This document shows, piece by piece, positions 31,256 to 39,105 of a stretch of DNA of 64,000 nt. The stretch lies in contig JBBALJ010000005.1 of assembly GCA_040403075.1 (NCBI GenBank), positions 4,948 to 68,947 on the forward strand, read 5' to 3'. The number at the start of each line of letters is the position of its first letter. Position 1 is the first letter of the stretch. Below the pieces are notes generated by a model. It had not been told where the DNA came from. It did not search any database and saw only the letters and a list, made by a program, of their open reading frames with translations. This DNA comes from Bacteroidia bacterium. Its GTDB lineage: Bacteria > Bacteroidota > Bacteroidia > UKL13-3. A program made the translations under genes and the position numbers.

Positions 31256-32017
31256 ATGAAAATAACATTTTTAGGAAGCGGAACCTCTCAGGGCGTGCCC
31301 ATCATAGCATGTTCATGCCCTATTTGCTTATCGACTAATCCTAAAGATAAACGCCTTCGCTCTTCAGTTTTAATTCAGGTTGAAGATAAAAATATGGTGG
31401 TGGATACGGGTCCTGATTTTAGGCAACAGATGTTAAATTGTAAAATCAAACATTTAGATGCCATTCTTTATACCCACGCCCATCGCGATCACTTAGCAGG
31501 CTTAGATGATATACGTGGTTTTAACTATATCATGCAAAAGCCAGTTGATGTGTATTGTGAAGACATTGTAGAAGCTGCCATTAAAAAAGAGTTTTTCTAT
31601 GCCTTCACCGAACCCAAATACCCCGGGGTTCCAGAGATGAACTTACATCCCATCACTTCTCAACCCTTTTCACTTTTTAATACCCAAATTGAACCCATCA
31701 GGGTTTTTCATTATAAATTGCCAGTACTAGGATTCAAGGTCAATAATTTTGTTTACATTACAGATGCCAATCGAATTGAAGACCAAGAAATCGAAAAGAT
31801 AAAAGGTTGTGATGTTTTAGTTCTAAACGCACTCAGACGAGAGCATCATATTTCGCACTTTACTTTACAAGAAGCCATTGATATGTCGAAAAGGGTAGGG
31901 GCGAAGCAGACTTATTTTACGCATATCAGCCACCAATTGGGTTTTCATGATGATGTTGAAAATGAATTGCCTGACAATATCCATCTGGCTTATGACGGCT
32001 TAGAAATAGAATTGTAG
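31256..32017 (+). CDS. MBL-fold metallo-hydrolase
   Basis: 253-aa ORF. HAHRDH (HxHxDH) motif. 6 nt after kdsA. Confidence 0.8.
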   Translation: MKITFLGSGTSQGVPIIACSCPICLSTNPKDKRLRSSVLIQVEDKNMVVDTGPDFRQQMLNCKIKHLDAILYTHAHRDHLAGLDDIRGFNYIMQKPVDVYCEDIVEAAIKKEFFYAFTEPKYPGVPEMNLHPITSQPFSLFNTQIEPIRVFHYKLPVLGFKVNNFVYITDANRIEDQEIEKIKGCDVLVLNALRREHHISHFTLQEAIDMSKRVGAKQTYFTHISHQLGFHDDVENELPDNIHLAYDGLEIEL

Positions 32018-32051
32018 GTCAAGCATTTTCTTTCTTACCTTGCAAACTTAG

Positions 32052-33467
32052 ATGCTGGTCTCAAAAAATCTTCATACGCATTACTATACGGTAGTCTCTA
32101 TCTCAAAAGCTTTTAGCAAGATGCTTCAAGGCTATGCTTTTTATGATGCCTTTAGTTTGAATAAGAACGAGTTTGTAGGCATCTTTCAAAATAATGAAGA
32201 TTATTTGAGCATCCGCTTGCTTATAGAAGCTCGTTCAGGTTTTATTTTTGTGAGCGAGGGTAAGTTTGAACGAACTGGTTCGGTTTATTTGTTGTTTCAA
32301 TCGCTTATCGGGAAAGAAATTAGGGCTGTTCAACAACATTCAAACAATCGTTCCTTTTCTTTTTGTTTTGATGGAAATATTGATTTGGTTTTCAAACTGT
32401 ATGGGGGCTTATCAAATGTGGTATTGTTTGATAAAGAAGAGCCTATCGAAGCATTTAGAACAAGCATTGAAAACGATTTGACACAGCATTTGTCATCTCT
32501 TTTACAGAGTCAAAATCAATATGATGAGTTTATTCCTAATAAATTCTTTGTTTTGAAACAGAATGAAAAATTGGAGTTTGCCTACGAGAATTTGCCCAAT
32601 TCTGAACTGCTATTTGAGTCTGAAAACGTGTTTGAAGCGCTTAATTATTTTGGACGAAACTATTTAAGTCACTGGCATTTTAAACAAAGGAAAGAAAGCC
32701 TTTTAAACATTTTAAATGCTGAGAAAAAACGTCTTCTTTCTCAGCAACTGAACACTGAGAAATCACTAAGTCAGCATGAAAAGCAGTTGAAATATGATGA
32801 AATAGCCAATATCATTATGGCTAATCTTCATCAATTGCAGATAGGCTTGAGCAAAGTTGAATTATTTGATTTTTATAGAAATCAAAACATCCTTGTCAAG
32901 CTAAAAAAAGATTTAAATCCACAACAAAATGCTGCTGAATATTATCGAAAATCAAAGAACCAGAACATAGAAATAGACTTGCTGTATAAGCGATTGGAGG
33001 AGATTCAACAGAAGTTAATCGATACGGATAAGCAAATTGAAAAGGTGCTAGCTGCCAGCTCAAGCAAAGATTTAAAAGAAGGTAAGAACAATCTTCCAAC
33101 TGATAAAGCTACTGAGTCACCGTTTAAAAATTTCAGCTTTGAGGGTTTTACCATATTAGTTGGCAAGAATGCTGAAAACAACGATAAGTTGACCTTAAAG
33201 TTTGCTAATAAAAACGACATGTGGCTTCATGCAAAAGATGTTACGGGTAGTCATGTGGTCATTAGATACAGGCAAGGAAAACCTTTCACCAAACCTTTGA
33301 TTACTTATGCAGCGCAACTTGCAGCCTACTACTCAAAAGCCAAAAGCAGCACTTTAGTTCCAGTGGTATATACCCTGAAAAAATTTGTCAGAAAACCCAA
33401 AGGGGCCATTGCAGGAACAGTGACCTATGATAATGGAGAAACGATTTTAGTGGAGCCTGTTTTGTAG
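32052..33467 (+). CDS. NFACT-family (DUF814, RqcH/FbpA-like) RNA-binding protein
   Basis: 471-aa ORF. Central coiled coil. C-terminal block DMWLHAKDVTGSHVVIR is typical of the NFACT-R/DUF814 domain. Confidence 0.65.
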   Translation: MLVSKNLHTHYYTVVSISKAFSKMLQGYAFYDAFSLNKNEFVGIFQNNEDYLSIRLLIEARSGFIFVSEGKFERTGSVYLLFQSLIGKEIRAVQQHSNNRSFSFCFDGNIDLVFKLYGGLSNVVLFDKEEPIEAFRTSIENDLTQHLSSLLQSQNQYDEFIPNKFFVLKQNEKLEFAYENLPNSELLFESENVFEALNYFGRNYLSHWHFKQRKESLLNILNAEKKRLLSQQLNTEKSLSQHEKQLKYDEIANIIMANLHQLQIGLSKVELFDFYRNQNILVKLKKDLNPQQNAAEYYRKSKNQNIEIDLLYKRLEEIQQKLIDTDKQIEKVLAASSSKDLKEGKNNLPTDKATESPFKNFSFEGFTILVGKNAENNDKLTLKFANKNDMWLHAKDVTGSHVVIRYRQGKPFTKPLITYAAQLAAYYSKAKSSTLVPVVYTLKKFVRKPKGAIAGTVTYDNGETILVEPVL

Positions 33468-33493
33468 TTTGAAACATTGCTAAGCAACACTTT

Positions 33494-33520
33494 CTGTGTA
33501 ATCTGTGAAATCTGTGGCTT
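33494..33520 (+). repeat. three phased CTGTG motifs (9-nt spacing) upstream of hisS
   Basis: ctgtgtaat ctgtgaaat ctgtggctt, with CTGTG at 33494, 33503 and 33512. Confidence 0.8.
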
Positions 33521-33564
33521 GATTTTGAAACTTGCCCACACTAGCTTTACTTTGCCTACTGATT

Positions 33565-34941
33565 ATGGCAAAAGAAAAACCAAGCATTCCCAAAGGCACA
33601 CGCGATTTTGGCCCTCAAGAAGTAGCTAAGCGGAAATATATTTTAAACACCATTGAAAAGGTTTTTATTAAATACGGCTTTATGCCTATTGAAACCCCTA
33701 CGATGGAAAACCTTTCTACCCTTACTGGTAAATATGGTGATGAGGGAGATAAATTGTTGTTTAAGGTGTTGAACAGTGGAGATTATTTAAAAGAAATTAC
33801 CCCAGAAATTCTATCAACTTACAACCAACAACTATCAACTAAACTTATATCAGAGAAAGGCCTTCGTTATGACCTAACCGTTCCCTTCGCTCGTTATGTA
33901 GTGATGAATAGGAACGAGATTACTTTTCCATTTAAACGCTATCAAATGCAACCTGTTTGGCGCGCAGATAGACCGCAAAAAGGCCGCTACCGTGAGTTTT
34001 GGCAATGCGATGCAGATGTGGTAGGCAGTGATAGTTTGTTGAATGAATTGGATTTGATTCAGATATATGCTGAGGTTTTTAAGAGTCTAGGCGTTCAAGT
34101 TGAAATAAAAATTAATAATCGTAAAATATTAGCTGGTATTGCTGAAGTTGTAAAAGGGGTAGAGCATTTGCAAACCATTGCTGTTGCTATTGATAAATTA
34201 GATAAAATTGGAACAGAGGGTGTTTCAAAAGAGTTATCTGCTTTGGGTTTTTCGGAAATTGAAATATCAAGTTTATTCGAAATCATTACTACCAAAGGTG
34301 AGGATAAAGAAATGCTTCAAAGTCTGAAATCAAAATTGCATTCATCAGCTGAAGGATTGAAAGGCATTGAAGAATTGGAATTTGTATTAAACAACTTGCA
34401 ACAAATCAATAAATCAATACATCTGAAAACTGACTTTTCATTAGCTCGTGGTTTATCATACTATACAGGCTGTATATTTGAAGTAGCAGCATTAGAAGGC
34501 ACCCTCAAAAGCAGTATTGGCGGTGGCGGACGTTATGATAACCTGACTGGTATATTTGGTTTAGACGGTGTGTCGGGTGTAGGTATTTCATTTGGTTTAG
34601 ATAGGATTTATGATGTGTTGGAAGAGTTGAATTTGTTTCCAGAGAATACACAAGGCAGTCATACCAAGGTGTTGTTTTGCTATTTTGATGATGCCAGTCA
34701 AGCCTATGCCTTGCAAGGTGTAACAGCGCTGCGTAATGCAGGTATTGCTTCTCAAATTTATCCAGATGTGGTGAAGAAAATTGGCAAGCAATTGGATTTC
34801 GCTAATAAACTCAATATTCCTTTTGCTGCTGTAGCAGGAACAGATGAAATAGCGCAACAGAAATTTATGTTCAAAGACCTTAATGAAAGCAAACAAGAAT
34901 TATTGAGCATTGAAGAAATGATTGAAAGATTGAAGAACTAA
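33565..34941 (+). CDS. hisS: histidine--tRNA ligase
   Basis: Motifs KGTRDF, RYQMQPVWRADRPQKGRYREFWQCD (class II motif 2) and GGGRYDNL (motif 3). I prefer the ATG at 33565 (MAKEKPSIPKGTRDF) over the TTG at 33532. Confidence 0.93.
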   Translation: MAKEKPSIPKGTRDFGPQEVAKRKYILNTIEKVFIKYGFMPIETPTMENLSTLTGKYGDEGDKLLFKVLNSGDYLKEITPEILSTYNQQLSTKLISEKGLRYDLTVPFARYVVMNRNEITFPFKRYQMQPVWRADRPQKGRYREFWQCDADVVGSDSLLNELDLIQIYAEVFKSLGVQVEIKINNRKILAGIAEVVKGVEHLQTIAVAIDKLDKIGTEGVSKELSALGFSEIEISSLFEIITTKGEDKEMLQSLKSKLHSSAEGLKGIEELEFVLNNLQQINKSIHLKTDFSLARGLSYYTGCIFEVAALEGTLKSSIGGGGRYDNLTGIFGLDGVSGVGISFGLDRIYDVLEELNLFPENTQGSHTKVLFCYFDDASQAYALQGVTALRNAGIASQIYPDVVKKIGKQLDFANKLNIPFAAVAGTDEIAQQKFMFKDLNESKQELLSIEEMIERLKN

Positions 34942-35014
34942 AAATAATAATTAATAATGATAGGATGGTTTCCTAAATACTGCCAACTATCAACTATAAA
35001 CTAACAACCAACAT

Positions 35015-36502
35015 ATGTACAAAATTACCACCCACATAAGCATAGCCGAGATTAAAGACATCATCAAGAATAATAAAGAAATCAATTTAAGTGATGATGC
35101 CAAGGCAAGAATTGAAAAATGTAGAAATTATTTAGATGCCAAACTTGCCAACAACGACAAGCCTATTTATGGCATCAACACAGGCTTTGGAAGTTTGCAT
35201 AGCACCAAAATAAGCAATGATAATTTGGAGCAATTGCAAGAAAACCTTTTGCTAAGTCATGCTTGCGGCACGGGTGATTTGGTGCCATACGAAATTGTAA
35301 AATTGATGCTTTTGTTAAAAGTACAATCCTTATCGTATGGGCATTCGGCTGCACAATTAGCCACCGTTGAGCGATTGATTTATTTCTTCAATAACAACAT
35401 CCTTCCCGTGGTGTATGAATTGGGGTCATTGGGTGCCAGTGGCGATTTAGCGCCTTTGGCTCATTTGAGTTTGCCATTGATTGGCGAGGGAAAAGTGTGG
35501 GTGAAAGAAAACTCAACATTTGAAATACGAAATGCGAAATTGGTTTTGGATAAGCATAACTTACAACCTATTAAACTGAAATCAAAAGAAGGCTTGGCGC
35601 TAATTAATGGAACGCAATTTATGAGTGCTTATGGTGTTCAGTGTTTATTAAAAACCGAAAAGCTTTCTGCTATGGCTGATACCATTGCCTGCGTTTCGAT
35701 GGATGCTTTTGATTGTAGGTTAGAGCCATTCAATCATTTGTTGCATGATGTTCGTCCGCATAAAGGACAAATTGAAACTGCAAAAAATGTGCTAGCCATT
35801 TTAGAAGGAAGCGAAATTGCCAAACAACCAAAGGTGCAGGTGCAAGACCAATATGCCTTTAGGTGCATTCCGCAAGTGCATGGTGCAAGCAAAGATGCCT
35901 TTGAACATATCCATAAAATATTTACCACAGAGATTAATTCAGTTACAGATAATCCCAACGTATTTGCTGATGAAGATTTGATTTTGTCGGGAGGGAACTT
36001 CCATGGACAAACATTGGCTATTCATTTAGATTTCTTGGCTATAGCATTGGCTGAATTGGGCAGTATTTCTGAGCGCAGAACGTATCAGTTAATATCAGGA
36101 CAAAGAAACTTGCCTGCCTTTTTGGTAAGCAATCCTGGATTGAATTCGGGTATGATGATTCCGCAATACACTGCCGCTAGTATTGTAAGCCAAAATAAAC
36201 AATTATGTACCCCTGCTTCGGTTGATTCTATTGTGAGTAGCAATGGGCAAGAAGACCATGTGAGCATGGGTGCCAATGCAGCCACAAAATGCTTGAGAGT
36301 AGTTAAAAACCTAGAGCGTATATTGGCTATTGAGTTGCTAAATGCTGCACAGGCCTTGGAGTTTAGAAGACCCTTGAAAAGTTCTGCAACCATTGAAGCT
36401 TTTGTAGCCGACTACCGCAAGCAAGTAAGCTTTGTAAGCCAAGACAGATTACTACATGATGATATTGAAAAGAGTGTTGAGTTTATATTAAACTTGAATT
36501 AG
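35015..36502 (+). CDS. hutH: histidine ammonia-lyase
   Basis: 495-aa ORF. MIO-forming GASGDLAPLAHL. LSHACG carries the Ser-His pair that I recall as typical of HAL rather than TAL/PAL. Confidence 0.88.
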   Translation: MYKITTHISIAEIKDIIKNNKEINLSDDAKARIEKCRNYLDAKLANNDKPIYGINTGFGSLHSTKISNDNLEQLQENLLLSHACGTGDLVPYEIVKLMLLLKVQSLSYGHSAAQLATVERLIYFFNNNILPVVYELGSLGASGDLAPLAHLSLPLIGEGKVWVKENSTFEIRNAKLVLDKHNLQPIKLKSKEGLALINGTQFMSAYGVQCLLKTEKLSAMADTIACVSMDAFDCRLEPFNHLLHDVRPHKGQIETAKNVLAILEGSEIAKQPKVQVQDQYAFRCIPQVHGASKDAFEHIHKIFTTEINSVTDNPNVFADEDLILSGGNFHGQTLAIHLDFLAIALAELGSISERRTYQLISGQRNLPAFLVSNPGLNSGMMIPQYTAASIVSQNKQLCTPASVDSIVSSNGQEDHVSMGANAATKCLRVVKNLERILAIELLNAAQALEFRRPLKSSATIEAFVADYRKQVSFVSQDRLLHDDIEKSVEFILNLN

Positions 36503-36526
36503 ACATTTTTTTTTTACAGTACTTTC

Positions 36527-36575
36527 CGTGAAGTCGTTTATTACCAAGCGACTAAAACAAATGTTGGGAAGAAAT
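36527..36575 (+). repeat. 49-nt repeat, copy 1 (extended hairpin to 36588)
   Basis: cgtgaagtcgtttattaccaagcgactaaaacaaatgttgggaagaaat. 44 of 49 positions are identical to copy 2. CGTGAAGTC (36527-36535) also pairs perfectly with GACTTCACG (36580-36588). Confidence 0.9.
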
Positions 36576-36643
36576 TCATGACTTCACGTAATATATATAA
36601 TAGAAAACAATTTTAAAGCATTTAAAAAATTTATAAAAGATAA

Positions 36644-37372
36644 ATGAGACGGTATTATTTAATTATTTTGTTTTGCAATGTTTTGAGCTTACACGCACAA
36701 AATAATACTGCTACATTTAACCGTTTTGAGTTAAATGTGGCTTTAATTATAAAAAAAAACATACCGTATTCTGAAAACCTAATAGAAAATATAAGTGGAA
36801 AATATAAGTTGACAACTGGTTTAAGTAGCCAACTTGATATATTATTTTCATACCAACCAAAAGATAAAATTAAGTTGTACTCAGGTCTGTTAATTGCAAA
36901 CAATAGTTATTCATATGATTTTAAATATGGTGATGCTAGTAATTATTTTAATTCAAGTTATGAAGTAGGCGTAACTTCATATAAAATACCAATAAGATTC
37001 GGGTATCAAATAAACAAATATTTTGAGGTGGTATCAGGTGTTTCATTAAATTTTAACGAATTTGATTCATACTCATACTCAAACTCCTTTGGTGGATATA
37101 ATAGAGACACCTCAACATTCAAGTATACGGCCTCAACTGGCGATTTTAGAAGCTTTATAACTCTTTCGGGTAATTTGGGTTTACAATTAAATACAAAAGG
37201 GAAATTTAAATTTTTTATTGTAAGTGATATTGATTTCGGGAATTATCTCCAAAGTTCATTATACAACGAAGTTAATTTAGTGGGTAATAAGGGAATATAT
37301 AAAGCAATTTCAAGTGGTAAGTTCTTATATTTATCCTTTGGAATTAGTTACAGAATTTTAAAAATAAAGTAA
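36644..37372 (+). CDS. hypothetical outer-membrane beta-barrel-like protein
   Basis: 242-aa ORF. Signal-like N-terminus ending LHAQN. Alternating aromatic/hydrophilic strand pattern, S/Y/N-rich. Confidence 0.4.
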   Translation: MRRYYLIILFCNVLSLHAQNNTATFNRFELNVALIIKKNIPYSENLIENISGKYKLTTGLSSQLDILFSYQPKDKIKLYSGLLIANNSYSYDFKYGDASNYFNSSYEVGVTSYKIPIRFGYQINKYFEVVSGVSLNFNEFDSYSYSNSFGGYNRDTSTFKYTASTGDFRSFITLSGNLGLQLNTKGKFKFFIVSDIDFGNYLQSSLYNEVNLVGNKGIYKAISSGKFLYLSFGISYRILKIK

Positions 37373-37379
37373 TGTTTTT

Positions 37380-37428
37380 CGTGAAGTCGTTTGTTCCCAG
37401 TCGACTAAAACAAATGCTGGGAAGAAAT
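37380..37428 (+). repeat. 49-nt repeat, copy 2
   Basis: cgtgaagtcgtttgttcccagtcgactaaaacaaatgctgggaagaaat. AGTCG/CGACT and TTCCCAG/CTGGGAA pairings are interleaved. Confidence 0.9.
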
Positions 37429-37455
37429 ATATAGTCAGATGTTTCCACCTCTTTA

Positions 37456-37463
37456 TATATTTG
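37456..37463 (+). promoter_or_regulatory. candidate -7 box TATATTTG upstream of the 161-aa ORF
   Basis: Exact TAnnTTTG, 67 nt before the ATG at 37530 and downstream of repeat copy 2. Confidence 0.3.
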
Positions 37464-37529
37464 ACGAAAATAATACCTGTATATTAAGAAATAGTCTTAA
37501 CTAATTTTTAAATTTAATTTTTCAATACA

Positions 37530-38015
37530 ATGGATTTTGATGATGATGATTTTGATTTTGATGATTTATCTGAGGAAGAAAAACGAGAGATAGAAAATGA
37601 AATGCAAGAGAATGAAAATAAAACAAGGAACCATCCCTTGTTTATTAAAGCCAAAGACATATGTTCACTTGTTACGGCCATAGTTGAAAGCCTTCCTGAA
37701 GAAGGAAAAGACATGTATGAAAGCACTTTGCTAGAATCAGCATACATCCTAGCACCCAAATTGGCAGGTGCCATAGGTAGCGAATCGTGGCTTATCTGCA
37801 TAAGCAATGCTGCCATAATTCGTTATCATGCGGACTACTTACTTAGCTCAACTTCAGGTTTGAGATATTTTACCAATGCTGAAAAGGATTATGTAGCACT
37901 TATGCGAAAAGAAATGTTGGAGTTTCAACAACTTTTTAAAAAATGGATAATTGAATGTAATAAGTTGGATAGAGAAGATTATGAAGATGAATGGGGTTTG
38001 TTTTTAAGGCAATAG
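37530..38015 (+). CDS. hypothetical helical protein with poly-acidic N-terminus
   Basis: 161-aa ORF. N-terminus MDFDDDDFDFDDLSEEEKREIENEMQENE, and the rest looks helical. No family recognised. Confidence 0.4.
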   Translation: MDFDDDDFDFDDLSEEEKREIENEMQENENKTRNHPLFIKAKDICSLVTAIVESLPEEGKDMYESTLLESAYILAPKLAGAIGSESWLICISNAAIIRYHADYLLSSTSGLRYFTNAEKDYVALMRKEMLEFQQLFKKWIIECNKLDREDYEDEWGLFLRQ

Positions 38016-38067
38016 TAAATAGTTTTTTTTGCCTTTCCATGATTCAAACGCTTTAGGGGAAATTTAA

Positions 38068-38802
38068 TTAAGCATTCACTCTTGCAAGCTTAATAATGCC
38101 CACAAAGTCTAAGACTTTCATAACAGGATAAACAGGGTCTATTTCCCACCATTTAGCGGCAAAGTTTGGTTTTGAACCTGCATGGTGGTGGTTGTTTTGA
38201 AACAATTCGCCAAGCATTAAAAAATCAAATACCAAAGTGTTTTTTGAATGGTCCTTTTCATTGAAATTCCTGTAGCCATATTTATGTCCAGCCCAATTAA
38301 CAATGGCACCATGCACGGGTCCCATTAAGAAATGTATTGGAAGTAATAGGTATTCCCACCAATAGTCAGCAAAGAAAACATAAAACACAACATAACTTAT
38401 TCCGAAAAGTATACGTGTGATATATGAATCAGCAATTTTATCAATAGAAGGATATACAGGGAAATTACGATCAAACTTGTCCTCCACCTGAATGGTACCT
38501 TTATGAACGCCATTATAAACTTCACGTGTGTGCATCATCATACTAAAAACTTCCTTGAAGAAATGAGGAGTATGAGGGTCTTTTTCAGTATCACTATAGG
38601 CATGGTGCATTCGATGCAGAATGGCATAGGCCCTAGCATTTAAATAGCTGCTACCTTGGGTTACCCAGGCAAAAATGTAAAAGAATTTTTCCCAGCCTTT
38701 GCTCATGGTAAACATTTTATGAGCAGCATAACGATGTAAATAAAAAGTTTGTCCGAAAAGAGATAAGTACCAATGACAAACAAAGAAAATTAATATAGCC
38801 AT
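38068..38802 (-). CDS. acyl-CoA (stearoyl-CoA-type, delta-9-like) desaturase
   Basis: 244-aa ORF. His boxes HRYAAH, HRMHHAYSD and NNHHH, plus hydrophobic spans. Confidence 0.8.
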   Translation of the reverse strand: MAILIFFVCHWYLSLFGQTFYLHRYAAHKMFTMSKGWEKFFYIFAWVTQGSSYLNARAYAILHRMHHAYSDTEKDPHTPHFFKEVFSMMMHTREVYNGVHKGTIQVEDKFDRNFPVYPSIDKIADSYITRILFGISYVVFYVFFADYWWEYLLLPIHFLMGPVHGAIVNWAGHKYGYRNFNEKDHSKNTLVFDFLMLGELFQNNHHHAGSKPNFAAKWWEIDPVYPVMKVLDFVGIIKLARVNA

Positions 38803-39105
38803 GTATAAAATTTAGTTGTCAAATGTAAAGCCATGCAGCAAACTATTATATGAAAATTGTCATTTTTTGATTTTAAGAATTATTCAATCAAAAGTGGTGT
38901 TAATGTTTTTCATTTCTAACTGTCTGTTTTACAGATTTAACAATCGCTGAACAAAACTTAATTTAAACAAGGCTGTTACATCAACCATTTATCTGTATTT
39001 TCTTTAATCCTTTTTTAAGCCATAATTTCTGATTTCTCTCTACTTTTTTTAGCTCCAAGAAATCCTAAATTGCACAAATTTTGTAAACCAATAGTACTAA
39101 GATAT

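Noticed and set aside
33468-33564. T-box or attenuator-type leader before hisS
   Set aside because: The spacer is only 97 nt, with no specifier or antiterminator-like helices and no His-rich leader peptide. Only the phased CTGTG triplet was kept, as a low-interest finding.
38803-39105. Possible glycine riboswitch in the 303-bp region upstream of gcvP
   Set aside because: I read the region on the plus strand for the conserved glycine-aptamer strings (GGAGAG...CACCG...GGGGCAA / CTCTGGAGAG...ACAGG) and found nothing similar. The region is simply AT-rich. A cmscan would be the definitive check.
39070-39105. N-terminal extensions from non-ATG starts in the ORF track. This one is an example; others are 33532-33564, 5414-5485, 7084-7113, 51491-51496 and 30401-30418.
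   Set aside because: The family-typical N-termini begin at internal ATG codons (gcvP, hisS, desaturase, flavin reductase-like, kdsA). The extensions add residues that are non-conserved, or hydrophobic and implausible.
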